IMG/VR virus record: IMGVR_UViG_3300037483_000299
Location: 1 to 64,000 of that record
Strand: one strand, 5' to 3'
Length of the DNA: 64,000 nucleotides
From: a virus
The notes beneath the pieces are model-generated. The model worked only from the letters and a program-made list of their open reading frames with translations, was not told where the DNA came from and did no database searches. The position numbers and the translations under genes were made by a program. Shown one piece after another: positions 18,235 to 30,025 of the stretch; positions within the stretch are counted from its first letter, which is position 1; each line of letters begins with the position of its first letter.

Positions 18235-20475
18235 GGAAGCCTCGGGCTCGGCCGGCATGGGCACATCCCCAAGCTGATACGTGGTGCCGGGTGCATCGCT
18301 GGTGGGGTATGGCCGCGGGGCAATGTCCTGAGTGTCATCCCCGACCGGACGTGACGATGCCCACGGGCGTGAGCGAGCAAGGGGATCCCTACCTGAATGA
18401 GGCGGTGCAGCCCATGACTACGGGTATCCGCGAGGAGCGGATCGAGAAAGGCGGGACACGATGAGCGACGCGACGCGGTACCAACACGACCTGGAGCAGA
18501 TCGAGCGCGAGGCGAATGAGTATGCCGACCGCAAGGACTGTCCGCAGGTGTACGCGACGCTGGCCGTCGCCGAGCGGTTGGAGCGTATCGCTGTACTACT
18601 GGAAGAGCTGGTCAACAACGCGGTGAACCGATGAGCGGCGCGACGCGGAAGCCCCAGGTGGGCGACGTGGTGGTGATTCTTCGGCCACCGCAAGGCGTGA
18701 TGATGCCTTGGAGTAATGGCACACGGCGGCTCGGCGGCGCGCTTGGTGTGGTGCATTACGTCGGAATGGATGGCGACCTCGGGGTGCAGCACAGCGAAAG
18801 ACTGAATGATCGTTGGTGGTACGCACGGAACGAAGTTGCCATCGTGGGTGATACCCGATGACCCCGCCCCGTGAGGCCGCGCCGACCCCGCGCCCGTGGA
18901 AAGCCGGAGCACGTTACGGAAGCCTCCACACGGAGATTGTCAGCGCGGACGGTGGCCGCGCAGTCGCCTACTGCTGGACGTATCGCCGTCCCAACGCGGC
19001 GAAGGACCGCAAAGACATCGAAGCGGACCCGGAAGGGAAAGCGAACCTCGCACTGATCGTGGCCGCCGCGAACGCCTATGACCCCGAGGCCCTGGCCCGG
19101 GTGACGGCTGCGCTGGAGTTAGCAGCGACCCGTCTTGAGATTCTGACCGACCGGATGCGTGGGTGCCACGAAATCACCGGGAGACACGAGTTGCTGTCCG
19201 AGGCAGAGGCGTTCTGCACTGAGGCCCGCGCGGCGCTGGCGGGGACCCCATGACTGACGACATCCTGCGGCGCATCAGGTGGCGCCTGTGGGCCGTAACA
19301 GTGGCGGTGATTCTGCTGGCACTCGTGCTGGCGAAGGCGGTATCCCCATGACCGACCCCCGTCTCCTCGATACCCCGATGGGCCATCCCATCGTGTCCCG
19401 TCATGCCGACGACGTGGCGATGCGCCGGGAGCCCCTGGTCAGCCAGCGACACGCGACCTGCGTCTGCGGCCAGCCGGTGAGTGTTGGGCTGGTCTGGTGG
19501 GGCTTCTGCGGAGACTGCGTTGAGCAGCTCCCCGAGAGTATCCGGGAGCGGCTGTACCGGACCTATCAGATGGGCGCCCCACGGCAATCAATGGTGTGGC
19601 AGGCGGCGCATGATGAGGCGCTGGCGTTGCTCACAGAGAGGGGAAATACATGAGCGCGGTCACGATGCCAGATGTCGGTGTCCTTGTAGTGGCGTCCTGT
19701 GCGGTGTGTGGCACACGCCACGCCTTCGACCAGGCCATCAACGACCGGGCCCTCAACTCCCGAGGGCTGAATGGGCGGCAAATCTACTGCCCGAACGGCC
19801 ACTCTTGGCACTATCTCGGCAAGACGGAGGCCCAGGTCGAGCGCGAGCGGGCCGAGCGGGCCGAGCGCGACCGGGATGCCGCCCGTCAGAGCCGGGACTA
19901 CGAGACGCAGCGGGCGGACCGGGAAACGCGGCGAGCGGTAGCCATGAAGGGCGTTGTCACTCGCACCAAGCGGCGCATCGCCGCGGGGAAGTGCCCGTGC
20001 TGCCACAAGCGATTCGGTGATGTTGCGGAACACATGACCGCCGAGCATCCGGGTTACGGGACTGACGCGTGACTCCCGTGACGCGGGACCCGCTGGCCCG
20101 AGCCGCGCGACGGCTGCTCAAGGCGCTGGATCGTGAGGATAGGGCGCGCTTATTGTGGGTAGTGACGCGCTCTGAGGAGGGTACGCGCGCTGCCAGGGCA
20201 TCCAAGGCGTACATGGCGGCGAAACGGGTACGGCAAGAGTCCACTACGGCCGTCGAGCGGGCCCTGGCCCACCGGAGGAAACGATGAAACGCAAGATTCG
20301 CGGCAAGGCGTGGCATGGTTGGGCCTACTACTCGCCAGAGTGGAGCGGGGACGGCCTTTCGCACTTCGCGGAAGCGGAACGGCCAAAGGCAACGGCGCCG
20401 ATGAAACCCGGCCGGTGGGTGCGTGTCAAGTTCGTCGTTGTGGACGGCGTGGCCCACCGGAGGAAGGGGAAATGA
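18231..20475 (+). other. Cluster of small early genes (18231-18464, 18461-18634, 18631-18861, 18858-19253, 19250-19351, 19348-19653, 19650-20072 Zn-finger/coiled coil, 20069-20287, 20284-20475)
   Basis: Chain of ATGA/GTGA-coupled ORFs; partial homologues at 63.1-64 kb. Confidence 0.6.
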
Positions 20476-20563
20476 TCGCCCGGCTTCTCTGGCTCGCGTG
20501 CGTGCTCCTGGCGTGTGGCTGCTGCCTGCCGCTCCTGGGGGCGCGCCCGCCGGACGGTGAGGC

Positions 20564-21493
20564 ATGACGGCCTTCCAGCTTATCCGCTATGACGCGGCTC
20601 GGGCCGCACTTGCCGGGCTATGTAGCGTGGACGAAGTGAAGGAGATGCGCGATCAAGCCCAGGCGTTGGCGGCCTATGCTCGACAGGCGAAGGACACCGA
20701 CCTGATTGAGTGGGCGACCGAGATCAAGGTGCGGGCCGAGCGGCGGGCTGGTGAGCTGCTGCGGGAGATGGCCGAGACGGGACAACGGGAGAGTAAGGGG
20801 GGTGACAGAAAATCAAAGTCGCAGCCTGCGACTTTGATGCAACTAGATGATCTCGGCCTCAACAGGTCGCAGTCCTCTCGCTGGCAGAAACTCGCCGCCA
20901 TCCCCGACGACAAGTTCGAGCAGGCTGTTGAGGCCGCCAAGGAAGTAGCTCGTGAGGTTACGACGGCTGGCATTCTCCGCACGAGTACCGCGCACGTCGC
21001 GCACAACGCGGGTGACAATGAGTGGTATACCCCCAAGGACTACATCGAGCGGGCCGTTGCTGTCATGGGGGCCATCGATCTAGACCCGGCCTCGTCTGAA
21101 GCTGCCAACGCCGTCGTAGGTGCAAAGCGGTTCTACGATGCCGAGCGCGACGGCTTGAAAGAACAGTGGAAGGGGCGTGTGTGGATGAACCCGCCCTATG
21201 CTTCCGATCTCATTAATCTGTTCACGCGCAAACTGGTGGCCGCCACGGAGTCGGGGACTGTTTCTGAGGCCGTCGTGCTCGTGAACAACGCAACCGAAAC
21301 GCGGTGGTTTCAGGATCTCGCCCACACCGCTTCGGCGATCTGTTTCCCATCCGGCCGCGTCCGGTTCTGGCATCCCGCTAAGGAATCTGCTGCTCCGCTC
21401 CAGGGCCAGGCCGTTCTCTATCTCGGAAAGCCACACCTGCCGCTCTTCGTGAATCGCTTTGCGGAGTGCGGCCTTGTACTGGTGAAACCCTGA
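20564..21493 (+). CDS. Phage DNA N6-adenine methyltransferase (Dam-type) with N-terminal helical domain
   Basis: NEWYTP, IDLDPAS, VWMNPPY catalytic motif, NNATETRWFQ. Confidence 0.9.
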   Translation: MTAFQLIRYDAARAALAGLCSVDEVKEMRDQAQALAAYARQAKDTDLIEWATEIKVRAERRAGELLREMAETGQRESKGGDRKSKSQPATLMQLDDLGLNRSQSSRWQKLAAIPDDKFEQAVEAAKEVAREVTTAGILRTSTAHVAHNAGDNEWYTPKDYIERAVAVMGAIDLDPASSEAANAVVGAKRFYDAERDGLKEQWKGRVWMNPPYASDLINLFTRKLVAATESGTVSEAVVLVNNATETRWFQDLAHTASAICFPSGRVRFWHPAKESAAPLQGQAVLYLGKPHLPLFVNRFAECGLVLVKP

Positions 21494-21888
21494 TGGCGCG
21501 CGGCGACCAGCGGTGCGAATGCCAATGCCACTGGAACTGGGGCTGGTTAGCAGGTGCTTTCGGGCAGACTCGGATCAGTCCGATGTACGCCGACGTGTTT
21601 GTGTTGATCGAGCGGAAAGAGGCTTTTCTCTTAATCGAGACCAAGCACCGCGAAGAGGAGATGGCGGCCGGCCAGCGTTTTCTACTTGAAGCGTTCTCTC
21701 GAAAGCGTGGCTGTGTCGCCGCCATCGTCTGGGGAGAAGAGAGTCAACCGGAGCGGTATCAGTTTTGTAAACGTGGTGTGTGGTATCAAGAGAAGAGAAC
21801 AGACCGAAATCGTTTCCGCGGGGTGGTTGCAAAGTGGTTCAAGTCTGCCAACACTGGGGACCTCCTATTCTGGGAGAAGGCCTCGTGA
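21493..21888 (+). CDS. PD-(D/E)XK nuclease-like protein
   Basis: D.FVLIERK.AFLLIETK motif; TGATG-coupled to the methylase. Confidence 0.5.
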   Translation: MARGDQRCECQCHWNWGWLAGAFGQTRISPMYADVFVLIERKEAFLLIETKHREEEMAAGQRFLLEAFSRKRGCVAAIVWGEESQPERYQFCKRGVWYQEKRTDRNRFRGVVAKWFKSANTGDLLFWEKAS

Positions 21889-22932
21889 GTCGGTACGCCC
21901 GGCTGCTGGTGGAGAAGCGGCCGGAGCTGAAGGGCTGGATCACCATGCGGGAGCTGAAGGCGTGACTGAACCGATTTCCGACGCCGAGCTGCGTGAGTAC
22001 GTGGCCATGCGCCTGAAGGTGTCCCAGGAGAGTTGGGCGGCTGGTGGCGCGGCCCACCGGTGGGCGGCAATCCTCAAAGCCCTGGACCGGCTGAAAGCAG
22101 CGGAGCGCACTGTGGCACGACAGCGGCGGCGGCGGGCCTAGGCGGATGCCAACCTGGGGGGTGGCCCTTGCCAACCGGATTGGGGAGCCCCATTTTGTAG
22201 GAGTCGGCATGACTCTCAGCGTGGCGACGACACAAGCGAAGCGGTTTCGCGCCGTAAGTGCCCTGTTCTTGTCTGGCTACCCGCCGGCTTGGACGACTGA
22301 GAGAGGGCGGCTGCGGCGCGATTCGTTTGGTGGTCAGTGCAAAAGTTCCCGGGTCCCCACGGCAGAGCGTGGGTGTGTCTTGCGAGTAGTGGCGGGCAAA
22401 AGCCACCAGAAGGGAACGGGTCTTTGCTGCGGAGGGGCGTCCTTCATGTGGATTACCCCTCGCTCGCTAGGGCAAATCCGGAACCGGCCCTCGAAAGCCG
22501 GACGGGAATTGGCAGGGACGGTCATGCGGTTTCAGCTCATCCGGCGTTTCCGCAAGGGCACCGATATCCTAGGAATAGTGGATTCGCGCTCATTGCGATT
22601 TCACGCCCTGCCACCTCTGTTTTCAGGCGGCCTCTGCCACCGTCCCCGCCTCGACGCGAGCAACCCGCGTCCCAACCAACCGACGGGAAGTCCCCCGACG
22701 CACAACAGTTCCCAAATCCCCGCTCTCGCTGGCGAGCAACGGGGTCCGCGAGGCTGCGCGTCGGTGGGTGACGGCCGCACGCAGCGGCCCAATAAAGGTG
22801 GACCCTGGGGCATCCTCGGGCCGGCTATCCGTGGCGGGACGCCGCGACAAGCTCAAAGCCCATCACTGCGGACACGGTTGTCGAGTACACAGCAGACGGC
22901 CCTGAGGTCTCCCTCGCGGCTAAACGCTCGCC

Positions 22933-23484
22933 ATGTCTGACCAAAATGGATGGAACGTGAGCGCGGCGGGTGTGCTCCGGCAGGTCTGCAAACTGGACGG
23001 CGGCGAGTTGGCGAAGGCCCTGTCCTGGTGGGGCAAGCTCCGGGTGCGCGGCCCGAGCGATGGGGACATTCAGGCGGCGATCAAAGGGCTCCCGCATGTG
23101 GTCCGGGTCACGCCACCGTGGCGTCCCTACTGCATGTTCAAGAAGGCCAACCGTGCCCTGTTCTTGGAGGCGATGAGTGCGGGACGGAAACGCGAGACGG
23201 GGAGCGCCAAGCGGCTGGGGGCGATCATGGCTGAGCTAACGAAGCCCGCCTGTCTCCGGTGCGGCAACGAGCTGGTGGCGGGTCACTGTATCGCCACGCC
23301 GGGCTGGTGCCGGGATCATCCCCTGAAGGGCTGCGAGCGGGAGCGGAGTAGCGCCATGCTGAACGCGGACTGGAACCTCTGGCGGGCAGACGGGCGGCCG
23401 GAGACGTGGGAGCGGCGGTATCCGCTGAACGGGCGACCGGAGCGGGCGGACCATCAACTCCGCGCTGCGGGAGACGCGACATGA
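22933..23484 (+). CDS. Hypothetical protein (possible replication protein) with Cys cluster
   Basis: 183 aa; position only. Confidence 0.4.
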   Translation: MSDQNGWNVSAAGVLRQVCKLDGGELAKALSWWGKLRVRGPSDGDIQAAIKGLPHVVRVTPPWRPYCMFKKANRALFLEAMSAGRKRETGSAKRLGAIMAELTKPACLRCGNELVAGHCIATPGWCRDHPLKGCERERSSAMLNADWNLWRADGRPETWERRYPLNGRPERADHQLRAAGDAT

Positions 23485-23888
23485 AAGTTTCCGAGATGCC
23501 GGCTGGCCAAGCACTGGACATACTGGTGGCCGAGCGCGTCATGGGGTACAAGGACGATGGGTCGTGGCCGCACCAAGTCACGGATGAAGATGGGGGCACG
23601 GGGGACCGGCTGCCCGAGTATTCCACCAGCATCGCCGCCGCGTGGGAAGTGGTGGAGAAGATGGCGACTCGGGGTATCTGGATGGCCGTCAGTGACATGA
23701 GACACGGTAGGTACACCATTGAGCACGCCGCGCCGTGGTCGGGCTGGTGGGCAACGTGGATGCGCACCGACCGCTCGACTGACCTAACCGAGGTAGAGGG
23801 TGACCACGATTGGGCGGCGACGGGTGACACCGCTCCACTCGCTCTCTGTCGCGCTGCCCTTCTCGCCGTGGGGATCACTGACGCATGA
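23481..23888 (+). CDS. Phage ABA-sandwich domain (BC1872-like) protein
   Basis: LDILVAERVMG, PEYSTSIAAAWEVVEK, TAPLALCRAAL. Confidence 0.75.
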   Translation: MKVSEMPAGQALDILVAERVMGYKDDGSWPHQVTDEDGGTGDRLPEYSTSIAAAWEVVEKMATRGIWMAVSDMRHGRYTIEHAAPWSGWWATWMRTDRSTDLTEVEGDHDWAATGDTAPLALCRAALLAVGITDA

Positions 23889-24655
23889 GCGACTACGGGT
23901 GGACCTCTCCTGAAGCCCGGGCCAAGAGTGTGGCGGCCCTGTACGGTCGCCCGAAAGGCCATCCCCGGGACCGCAAGTTCGGGGTGCATGACCTCGACCG
24001 AGTAGACGGGCCGGTGTCCACCCAGACGGCGACGCGGTGCGCGTGTGGGCGGGATCGGGTGATCGCCGGGCGGTGCGTCCGGTGCGGTCAGGACCGGGCC
24101 AAGCTCCAGGGGACGCCATGAGTGTCACACTGAGTCGGAGGAAGGACCGTGAAGGCCATTCCACGCTGCGTTCCTATGATGTGCTCCGCGACGGTGAGGT
24201 AGTCGGAGTTGTGGAACGCGTATCTTGGTATGCAGAGCGACGGACCCCAGGCCGCATGTACGTCAATGCTCGCTGGAAAGCAAAGTCCCCGCGTTGGGAA
24301 GCGCGCCGCGTTGGTGATCATGGCGGGTCTCCGGGGTATGATCGTCGCCAATGGGCGGTGGATGCACTACTGCGCTGGTTGGAGACAGCATGACCCTGCC
24401 TCCCGTCCTCTGGCGGCTGATCGGCCCCTGCTGTGTGCTCGGCGCCGCGCTGGGCTTCCTCGCCTTTTTCTGGGCTGCGGCCGGTCCCGAGGAATGGGAG
24501 ATTGAGGCTGAACGGCGGCAGTTGGTGGCCGAGTTCTGCACGGTGGAGCTGGTGACGATTCCCGCCCTGACGTGGACGCGGGACAGCGGGACGGTGGCGC
24601 TGAACAGTTTTCTGGACAGCAACGCGACGCGGCAGGCGATTCGCCGGAGGGGACG

Positions 24656-25384
24656 ATGAGCGCCAAGACGGGGATTAGCTGGACCGATTCCTCTTGGAAC
24701 CCGTGGCGCGGGTGCCGGAAGGTGAGCCCGGGCTGCAAGGCGTGTTACATGTACCGGGACCAGGAACGCTACGGGCGCGATCCGCGCGAGGTGGTGCGGT
24801 CCAAGACGACGTTCCGTGACCCGCTCAAGTGGGCTGACGGGCGTAAGGTCTTCACCTGTTCGTGGTCCGACTTCTTCATCGAGGACGCTGACCCCTGGCG
24901 GGCTGAGGCGTGGGACATTATCCGGCAGACGCCTCAGCACACCTACCAGATCCTGACGAAGCGGCCGGAGTTGATCCGCGAGCGGCTACCCGAGGACTGG
25001 GGCGCCGGGTGGCCGCACGTCTGGCTGGGGGTCTCGGTCGAGACGCAGCAATACGCTTCCGAGCGTATCCCGGTGTTGTTGGCCACGCCCGCTGCCCTGC
25101 GCTTCCTCTCCTGTGAGCCCCTGTTGGGCCGGATCACTTTCCCGTTGCCGTGCCGGGAGTCGGTGTTCTGGGGTGGCGTCCGCTGGATCATCGTAGGCGG
25201 CGAGAGCGGTTCCCCGCATCGGGTGATGGACATGCGATCACTTGGCGAGGTGGTCACCGCCTGCCGAGATGCGCGGTGCCCGGTCTGGGTGAAGCAAGAC
25301 AGCGGCGATAAGCCGGGCCGGCAGGGGCGCATCCCCGATGACCTGTGGATTCAGGAGTTCCCGGCCGCGAAAGGGGACCGATGA
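24656..25384 (+). CDS. DUF5131 (phage Gp37/Gp68) radical-SAM-like protein
   Basis: WNPWRGCRKVSPGCKACY, LTKRP, SCEPLLG, WIIVGGESG. Confidence 0.9.
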   Translation: MSAKTGISWTDSSWNPWRGCRKVSPGCKACYMYRDQERYGRDPREVVRSKTTFRDPLKWADGRKVFTCSWSDFFIEDADPWRAEAWDIIRQTPQHTYQILTKRPELIRERLPEDWGAGWPHVWLGVSVETQQYASERIPVLLATPAALRFLSCEPLLGRITFPLPCRESVFWGGVRWIIVGGESGSPHRVMDMRSLGEVVTACRDARCPVWVKQDSGDKPGRQGRIPDDLWIQEFPAAKGDR

Positions 25385-25821
25385 GCACCGGACGGACTAA
25401 CCAAGCCAAGGGCGAAGCCGAGCGCCGGGCCGTTGCTGACTGGTACCGGAAGGCCGGGCTGATCGTGCTGAACCTCAGTCAGCCGGGACTTCCCCGGGGG
25501 AAGCATGGGAGACGTGGGACCTTCACGTCGGCCGGGATTCCGGATCTCTTGGTGATTCATCCCGTTCGCGGCTACGGGGCGTGGTTCCATGAGGTGAAGT
25601 CCGGGCGGGCGAAGTTGTCGGCGGATCAGCACCGGGTCTGCGACCAACTCACGGCGGCGCAAATGCGCGTCGTGGTTGGTGGTGTGGCGGCGGCGAAGGC
25701 TCAACTTCGGTGGTGGGGCTTGCTGGTGTCGACTGATGCCGGCGACGTGTTGCGGCCTGTGACGGTGACGTGCACTGATGCCCCTGCGTTATGCGCGCAT
25801 ACGACTGAGGTAGCGGGATGA
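25381..25821 (+). CDS. VRR-NUC domain nuclease
   Basis: AGIPDLLV...FHEVKS...KLSADQ. Confidence 0.75.
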   Translation: MSTGRTNQAKGEAERRAVADWYRKAGLIVLNLSQPGLPRGKHGRRGTFTSAGIPDLLVIHPVRGYGAWFHEVKSGRAKLSADQHRVCDQLTAAQMRVVVGGVAAAKAQLRWWGLLVSTDAGDVLRPVTVTCTDAPALCAHTTEVAG

Positions 25822-26602
25822 GCGACGAGACGGCGGTGACGCGGATTGGCGCGGCGTTGGTCAAAGCCATCCATGAGGCACAAGTGCCGTGGGGCATTCT
25901 GGATTCTGAGGCGCGACTGGTCGCCCGCGCCCTGCTGGCGTCCGGTGTCGTGGTGGGGCTGCCGCTGACGGAGGATGAAGTCCAGCGCGCGGGATTCTAC
26001 AACTTCGACCTCAACTCCGCGTTCGCCCTCATCGCCCGGCGTCAGGCATCGGAAGGAGCGGGAACGTGATTCAAAGCAACGATGATCCCTCTATGTGGGA
26101 TGAGGCAACCGACCGTGTAGAAGCGGCCGAATCCCAGCGCGCCACGGTCGCGGCCTTCCTGCGGGATGCGCGGGCGCATTGGGAGGCGTTCTCAATCGCA
26201 CCGGGCTACTATCCGACGCTCGGCTGGCTGGATGAGTTTGCCCAGCGGTGGCCCGGCGTGGGGAGCGAGGGGAAATGAGCGACGGTCTGTTTCGTGTCAC
26301 GACTTCCTACCTCTGCGCTGGGTTCGTGGTTGAAGGCGGCAGGGTGACGCGCTGTGCTCCCATTCTTCGGAAGCGGTTGGCCTACTGGATGGCCGTTGCG
26401 GAAAGGATTTCAGGATGACCGACGACCTCCGCCGCGTGGTGGCGCGTACCCGCCGCTGGCTTTCCCGCGACTGGCGCTGCGGGTTGCTCGGGCATCGGCT
26501 GCCGTATGCCGAGCAGATCATCAGCGGCTTGGGCCTCATGTACCGCTGTCGCCGTTGTTATCGAGGCGTCGTATTCGTGCCGTTTCCCTCGTGAGGTTTC
26601 TG

Positions 26603-28009
26603 ATGACCGATGCTGACCAGGCCCCACCCGAGGGCGAGCGGCCGCTGACGTGGGCCGAAGTGCGCGACTATCTGCTGGCACGGTGTGCAGAGACTTGCGA
26701 CGGTGTATACGATGAGCGGGATCGCCATGCACCGAATTGCCCCGTGGCAGACCTCGGTGGCGTGAACGCGCTCGCCCGGGTGGCGGCTCCCGCGCCGGCG
26801 GCAGATGCAGCCTACGACCAAGGCTACGCGGATGGTGAGTCATCCGGCTCGGCTGATTGGGTCGGAGCCCTAATGGACGTGCTTCCCGAAGGGGTGGAAC
26901 TGACTCCATTCAAGGTCGCCGCGTACTTGACCCGCGTGGCGGCTCCCGCGCCTCCGGCAGCGGGTGGGCTGGATGGCCTCGCCGTGATTCATGATAGCGG
27001 CGATGCGAACCAACCGGACGGATGGATCGTGACGTTGAACGGGCACACGATCTACACGGCCGAGACCGAGGACGAAGCCGACGGATTCCGACGAGTACTT
27101 CGCGCCGCTGTGGAGGCCGCCCGGCCCGCGCCGCTCTGTCCAATACATGGTGCTTTTATCGTCGGGCCGGAGGGCGGCTGTCCTAAATGCGTAGAGTATC
27201 CTATCTCACATGGCCCGGCAGATAGGTTGGAGCGGTCGCCTTCGTGCGTAAACGTTCCCCCGACCGACAAGGACCCCATCGGTCCTTCTGCCGGTGCCGC
27301 CCCTGGGCCGGAGCCGAGCGAGGCGGCGGTGCGAATCATCGCTGAGACGATGGCGGCGGTGGCTAGCGCCGCGCGATCCGAGTCGTGGAATGCCTTTGGC
27401 GCGCGAGCCCACATCCAAAAGGCCGCTAAGGCGCTCACCGCCGCCTATGCCGTGGATCACGTCGCGCCCGCCGCTGCGGGAGAGCCGACGGTCGGCGCGA
27501 ATCTCGATGCGCTGCCTGCGACGCTGCCCGTTGCCCCGTCGGCCGAGCGGGAGGGGCTGGCACAGGTAGACCGCTCTACGGTGAAGCGTCTCGTGCAAGC
27601 TCTCCGTGATAACGCCAATGCAGAACGTGGCGCCATGAAGGGTAGAAGCGCGGGGACCAAGAACCGGCGTCGCGCTGCTGCACGCCGATTCGAGGAAACT
27701 GCTTTACTGATTGAGACGTTGGCAGCCGCCGCCCTCCGCGCGCGGCCTGGGGAGCCCGACGGCGCGGCGCTGACGCTCAAAGACGTGGAGCCGCCCGAAG
27801 TACTGGAACACTGTGGAGCCATGCGCGTCGCCACCCGAGAGACCTGCGCGCTCCAGAATGACCATGAGGGCGATCATTGGTTCGGGAGTGAGCAGGACGG
27901 CGCGGCGCTGGTGCGGGTGTTCGCTCGTGATCTTGACAACAACGGCCACGATGGAATGCACCGAGACGCGGCCGAGCGGTTCCTGGCCACGCGCCAGAGG
28001 GGAGGGTGA
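26603..28009 (+). CDS. Mosaic Ala/Pro-linker hypothetical protein
   Basis: ATG 26603; repeated linkers RVAAPAP and DGAAL. Confidence 0.55.
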   Translation: MTDADQAPPEGERPLTWAEVRDYLLARCAETCDGVYDERDRHAPNCPVADLGGVNALARVAAPAPAADAAYDQGYADGESSGSADWVGALMDVLPEGVELTPFKVAAYLTRVAAPAPPAAGGLDGLAVIHDSGDANQPDGWIVTLNGHTIYTAETEDEADGFRRVLRAAVEAARPAPLCPIHGAFIVGPEGGCPKCVEYPISHGPADRLERSPSCVNVPPTDKDPIGPSAGAAPGPEPSEAAVRIIAETMAAVASAARSESWNAFGARAHIQKAAKALTAAYAVDHVAPAAAGEPTVGANLDALPATLPVAPSAEREGLAQVDRSTVKRLVQALRDNANAERGAMKGRSAGTKNRRRAAARRFEETALLIETLAAAALRARPGEPDGAALTLKDVEPPEVLEHCGAMRVATRETCALQNDHEGDHWFGSEQDGAALVRVFARDLDNNGHDGMHRDAAERFLATRQRGG

Positions 28010-29652
28010 GCCGTATGGAACTCATTGGTAGCGGATCTCAGCGACCGGATGCGCCTGAAGAAGCAGCGGCCTGGGATGAGGTTGTTTGGCTTGCCTCCAT
28101 CGCGGGTGACTGTCGTCTGCCGACAACGCCTTTCGTCCTCAACAACATCGGCCTCGTCTTGGAAGCGGCGCGCACCAGGAAGATCGTAGCGTGGGCCGCC
28201 CGTCCTCCCGTGGCGTTCCCGGAGGAGAAGCGATGAGCCCCCCCTTCCCTGAGAACTGCGCGATTCTAGAGCGCACGGGCGACGGTAGGGCTGTAGGCCG
28301 CTGTTGGTTTCGGGTGGTTGAGGGTCAATGCCCTCGCCACGGTGATGTGCGTGAAGTCCAAGCACGATTCATAGAGACTGGTGACCTCACGGACGAAGAT
28401 GTGTGGCGCCACACGCGGCCTGCGGCCGGGACGGACGGCCCGCCATGAGCGTTCTCTTGCGCCGCTTCCGATGCTGGATCGTCGGGTGCCGATGGAACAG
28501 CGACACCGTACCCGTCTGGTGTGAACGCTGCGAGCGAGATTCGCCACCGTGGGCACCGTACCATCGGCGGGCGCGCCCCGCAGGAGGGAGCCGGTGAGCG
28601 ACGACGTGTTCCAGGATAGGGGGTTTGCTGACCACGCCGAGTTCAGTCGCATGGTCGCATCGGTCCAACTCACCACGGTTGGCTGGTACGAGGCATTCCG
28701 GCGGTGGCAGTTCGATGACGGCACGCGCAAGGGGCTTCAGGCGCTTCTGGATCGACAGGCTAAAGCGGCAGGAGGGAGCCGGTGAGCCGCCGTGACCAAG
28801 CAAACCAACAGTCTCCACTCTTTGTCTGCGGTGAACGTCATTGTGACGTGAGTGTTGAGGACGAACACGACATAGCGGGGACTGAGTACGCCGAGGGAAG
28901 GCGAGTGGCTGAGTTCCGAGAATGGCACGCTCGCTATCGCAAAGCGGTAGCGGAAGGACGCGAATTGCCGGAGGAAGAAACGAGCGAGGCACGCCTGGAC
29001 AAGTACATCTCTTGGAAAGAGGAAGGTACCCGCGCTTCCCGCCGCCGCGTCGCCATGCAAGAGTCGCAGGCGATTGACGCGGCGCTCGAACTTCTCGCGC
29101 GCCATAGATACAGAGTGACTGGTGGTCCAGAGCTGGAGCCACCCCAGGAGGGGAGCCGGTGAGCCGGAAACAAGACCCCGAGCCTGAGCAGGCCGATCGC
29201 TGCGCGCTGGAAATCCTCTGCCGCGTGTTCCATGACGGGGCCGATGACGCGTTCGCGGAGTGGCGCGCGTTCGACCGGAGCGGCTGGTTTCACTGGTCCC
29301 GCGCGCTGGGAGCCTTCATCGCCGGACGTCTGGCACGGGAGCCCGCCTATCAGGCCGGTGTGCGTGAGGGGTTGCAGCAGGCCATCCGGCTCATCAACGG
29401 CGCGCAGCAGCCGACTCCCCCGGTGTCTCGGTGAGCCGGGTTGACCAGTGTCTAGCGTGCGTTGCGGCCGTGAATCTCCTGCGGTATTTCCGGGGTGAAA
29501 CGTCACGATGGGAAGGGAGTGCCTGGGCTGACCATCCGCATCGGCCAGATTGTCCTAACATCGTGGCTCGCCAGCATCCTGGGCCGGACGTGATCGCGGC
29601 CATCAGCTCTAGCGTGGTCCGACGAACGCAACCCCGGGACGTGGGGCAGTGA
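28006..29652 (+). other. Array of small genes with repeated junction sequences
   Basis: ORFs 28006-28236, 28233-28448, 28445-28597, 28594-28785, 28782-29162, 29159-29434, 29431-29652. Confidence 0.6.
28580..29164 (+). repeat. Gene-junction repeat GCAGGAGGGAGCCGGTGAGC (3 copies)
   Basis: 28580-28599 and 28768-28787 identical; 29145-29164 near-identical; each contains RBS plus GTGA stop/start. Confidence 0.85.
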
Positions 29653-30025
29653 GCCTCCCCTGGGTGCTCCCCCGGAGGGTGGGCCGGTGACCACGCGGGA
29701 CCCTGCGGCTGGATTCGGTTCCGGAGCGGTTCCTGAACCGGGACCTCGGCTTGCCGCGGTATCCTGGGGCGCGCGGTGGCTTGTACGTGTGGGAAACGGA
29801 GGGCGTCGTGATCAAGTTGGCCGAGCAAATGCGGCGCGCGGGCGGGGCCTTTTGGGCAGCGGATCTCTCTCTGGCGCGACTGGCTGAAGGGTTGGTGCGA
29901 TTGCGACTCGCGCATCGGTCAACCCCAGCGTATCGCGCATGGTCGTGTCGGCAGGACGGGTCCGCGCGGGCGGCTCGCGCCCGTCGCGCCTCGCACAAGT
30001 GGCCTGAACGGTGGCGGAGTCAGGC

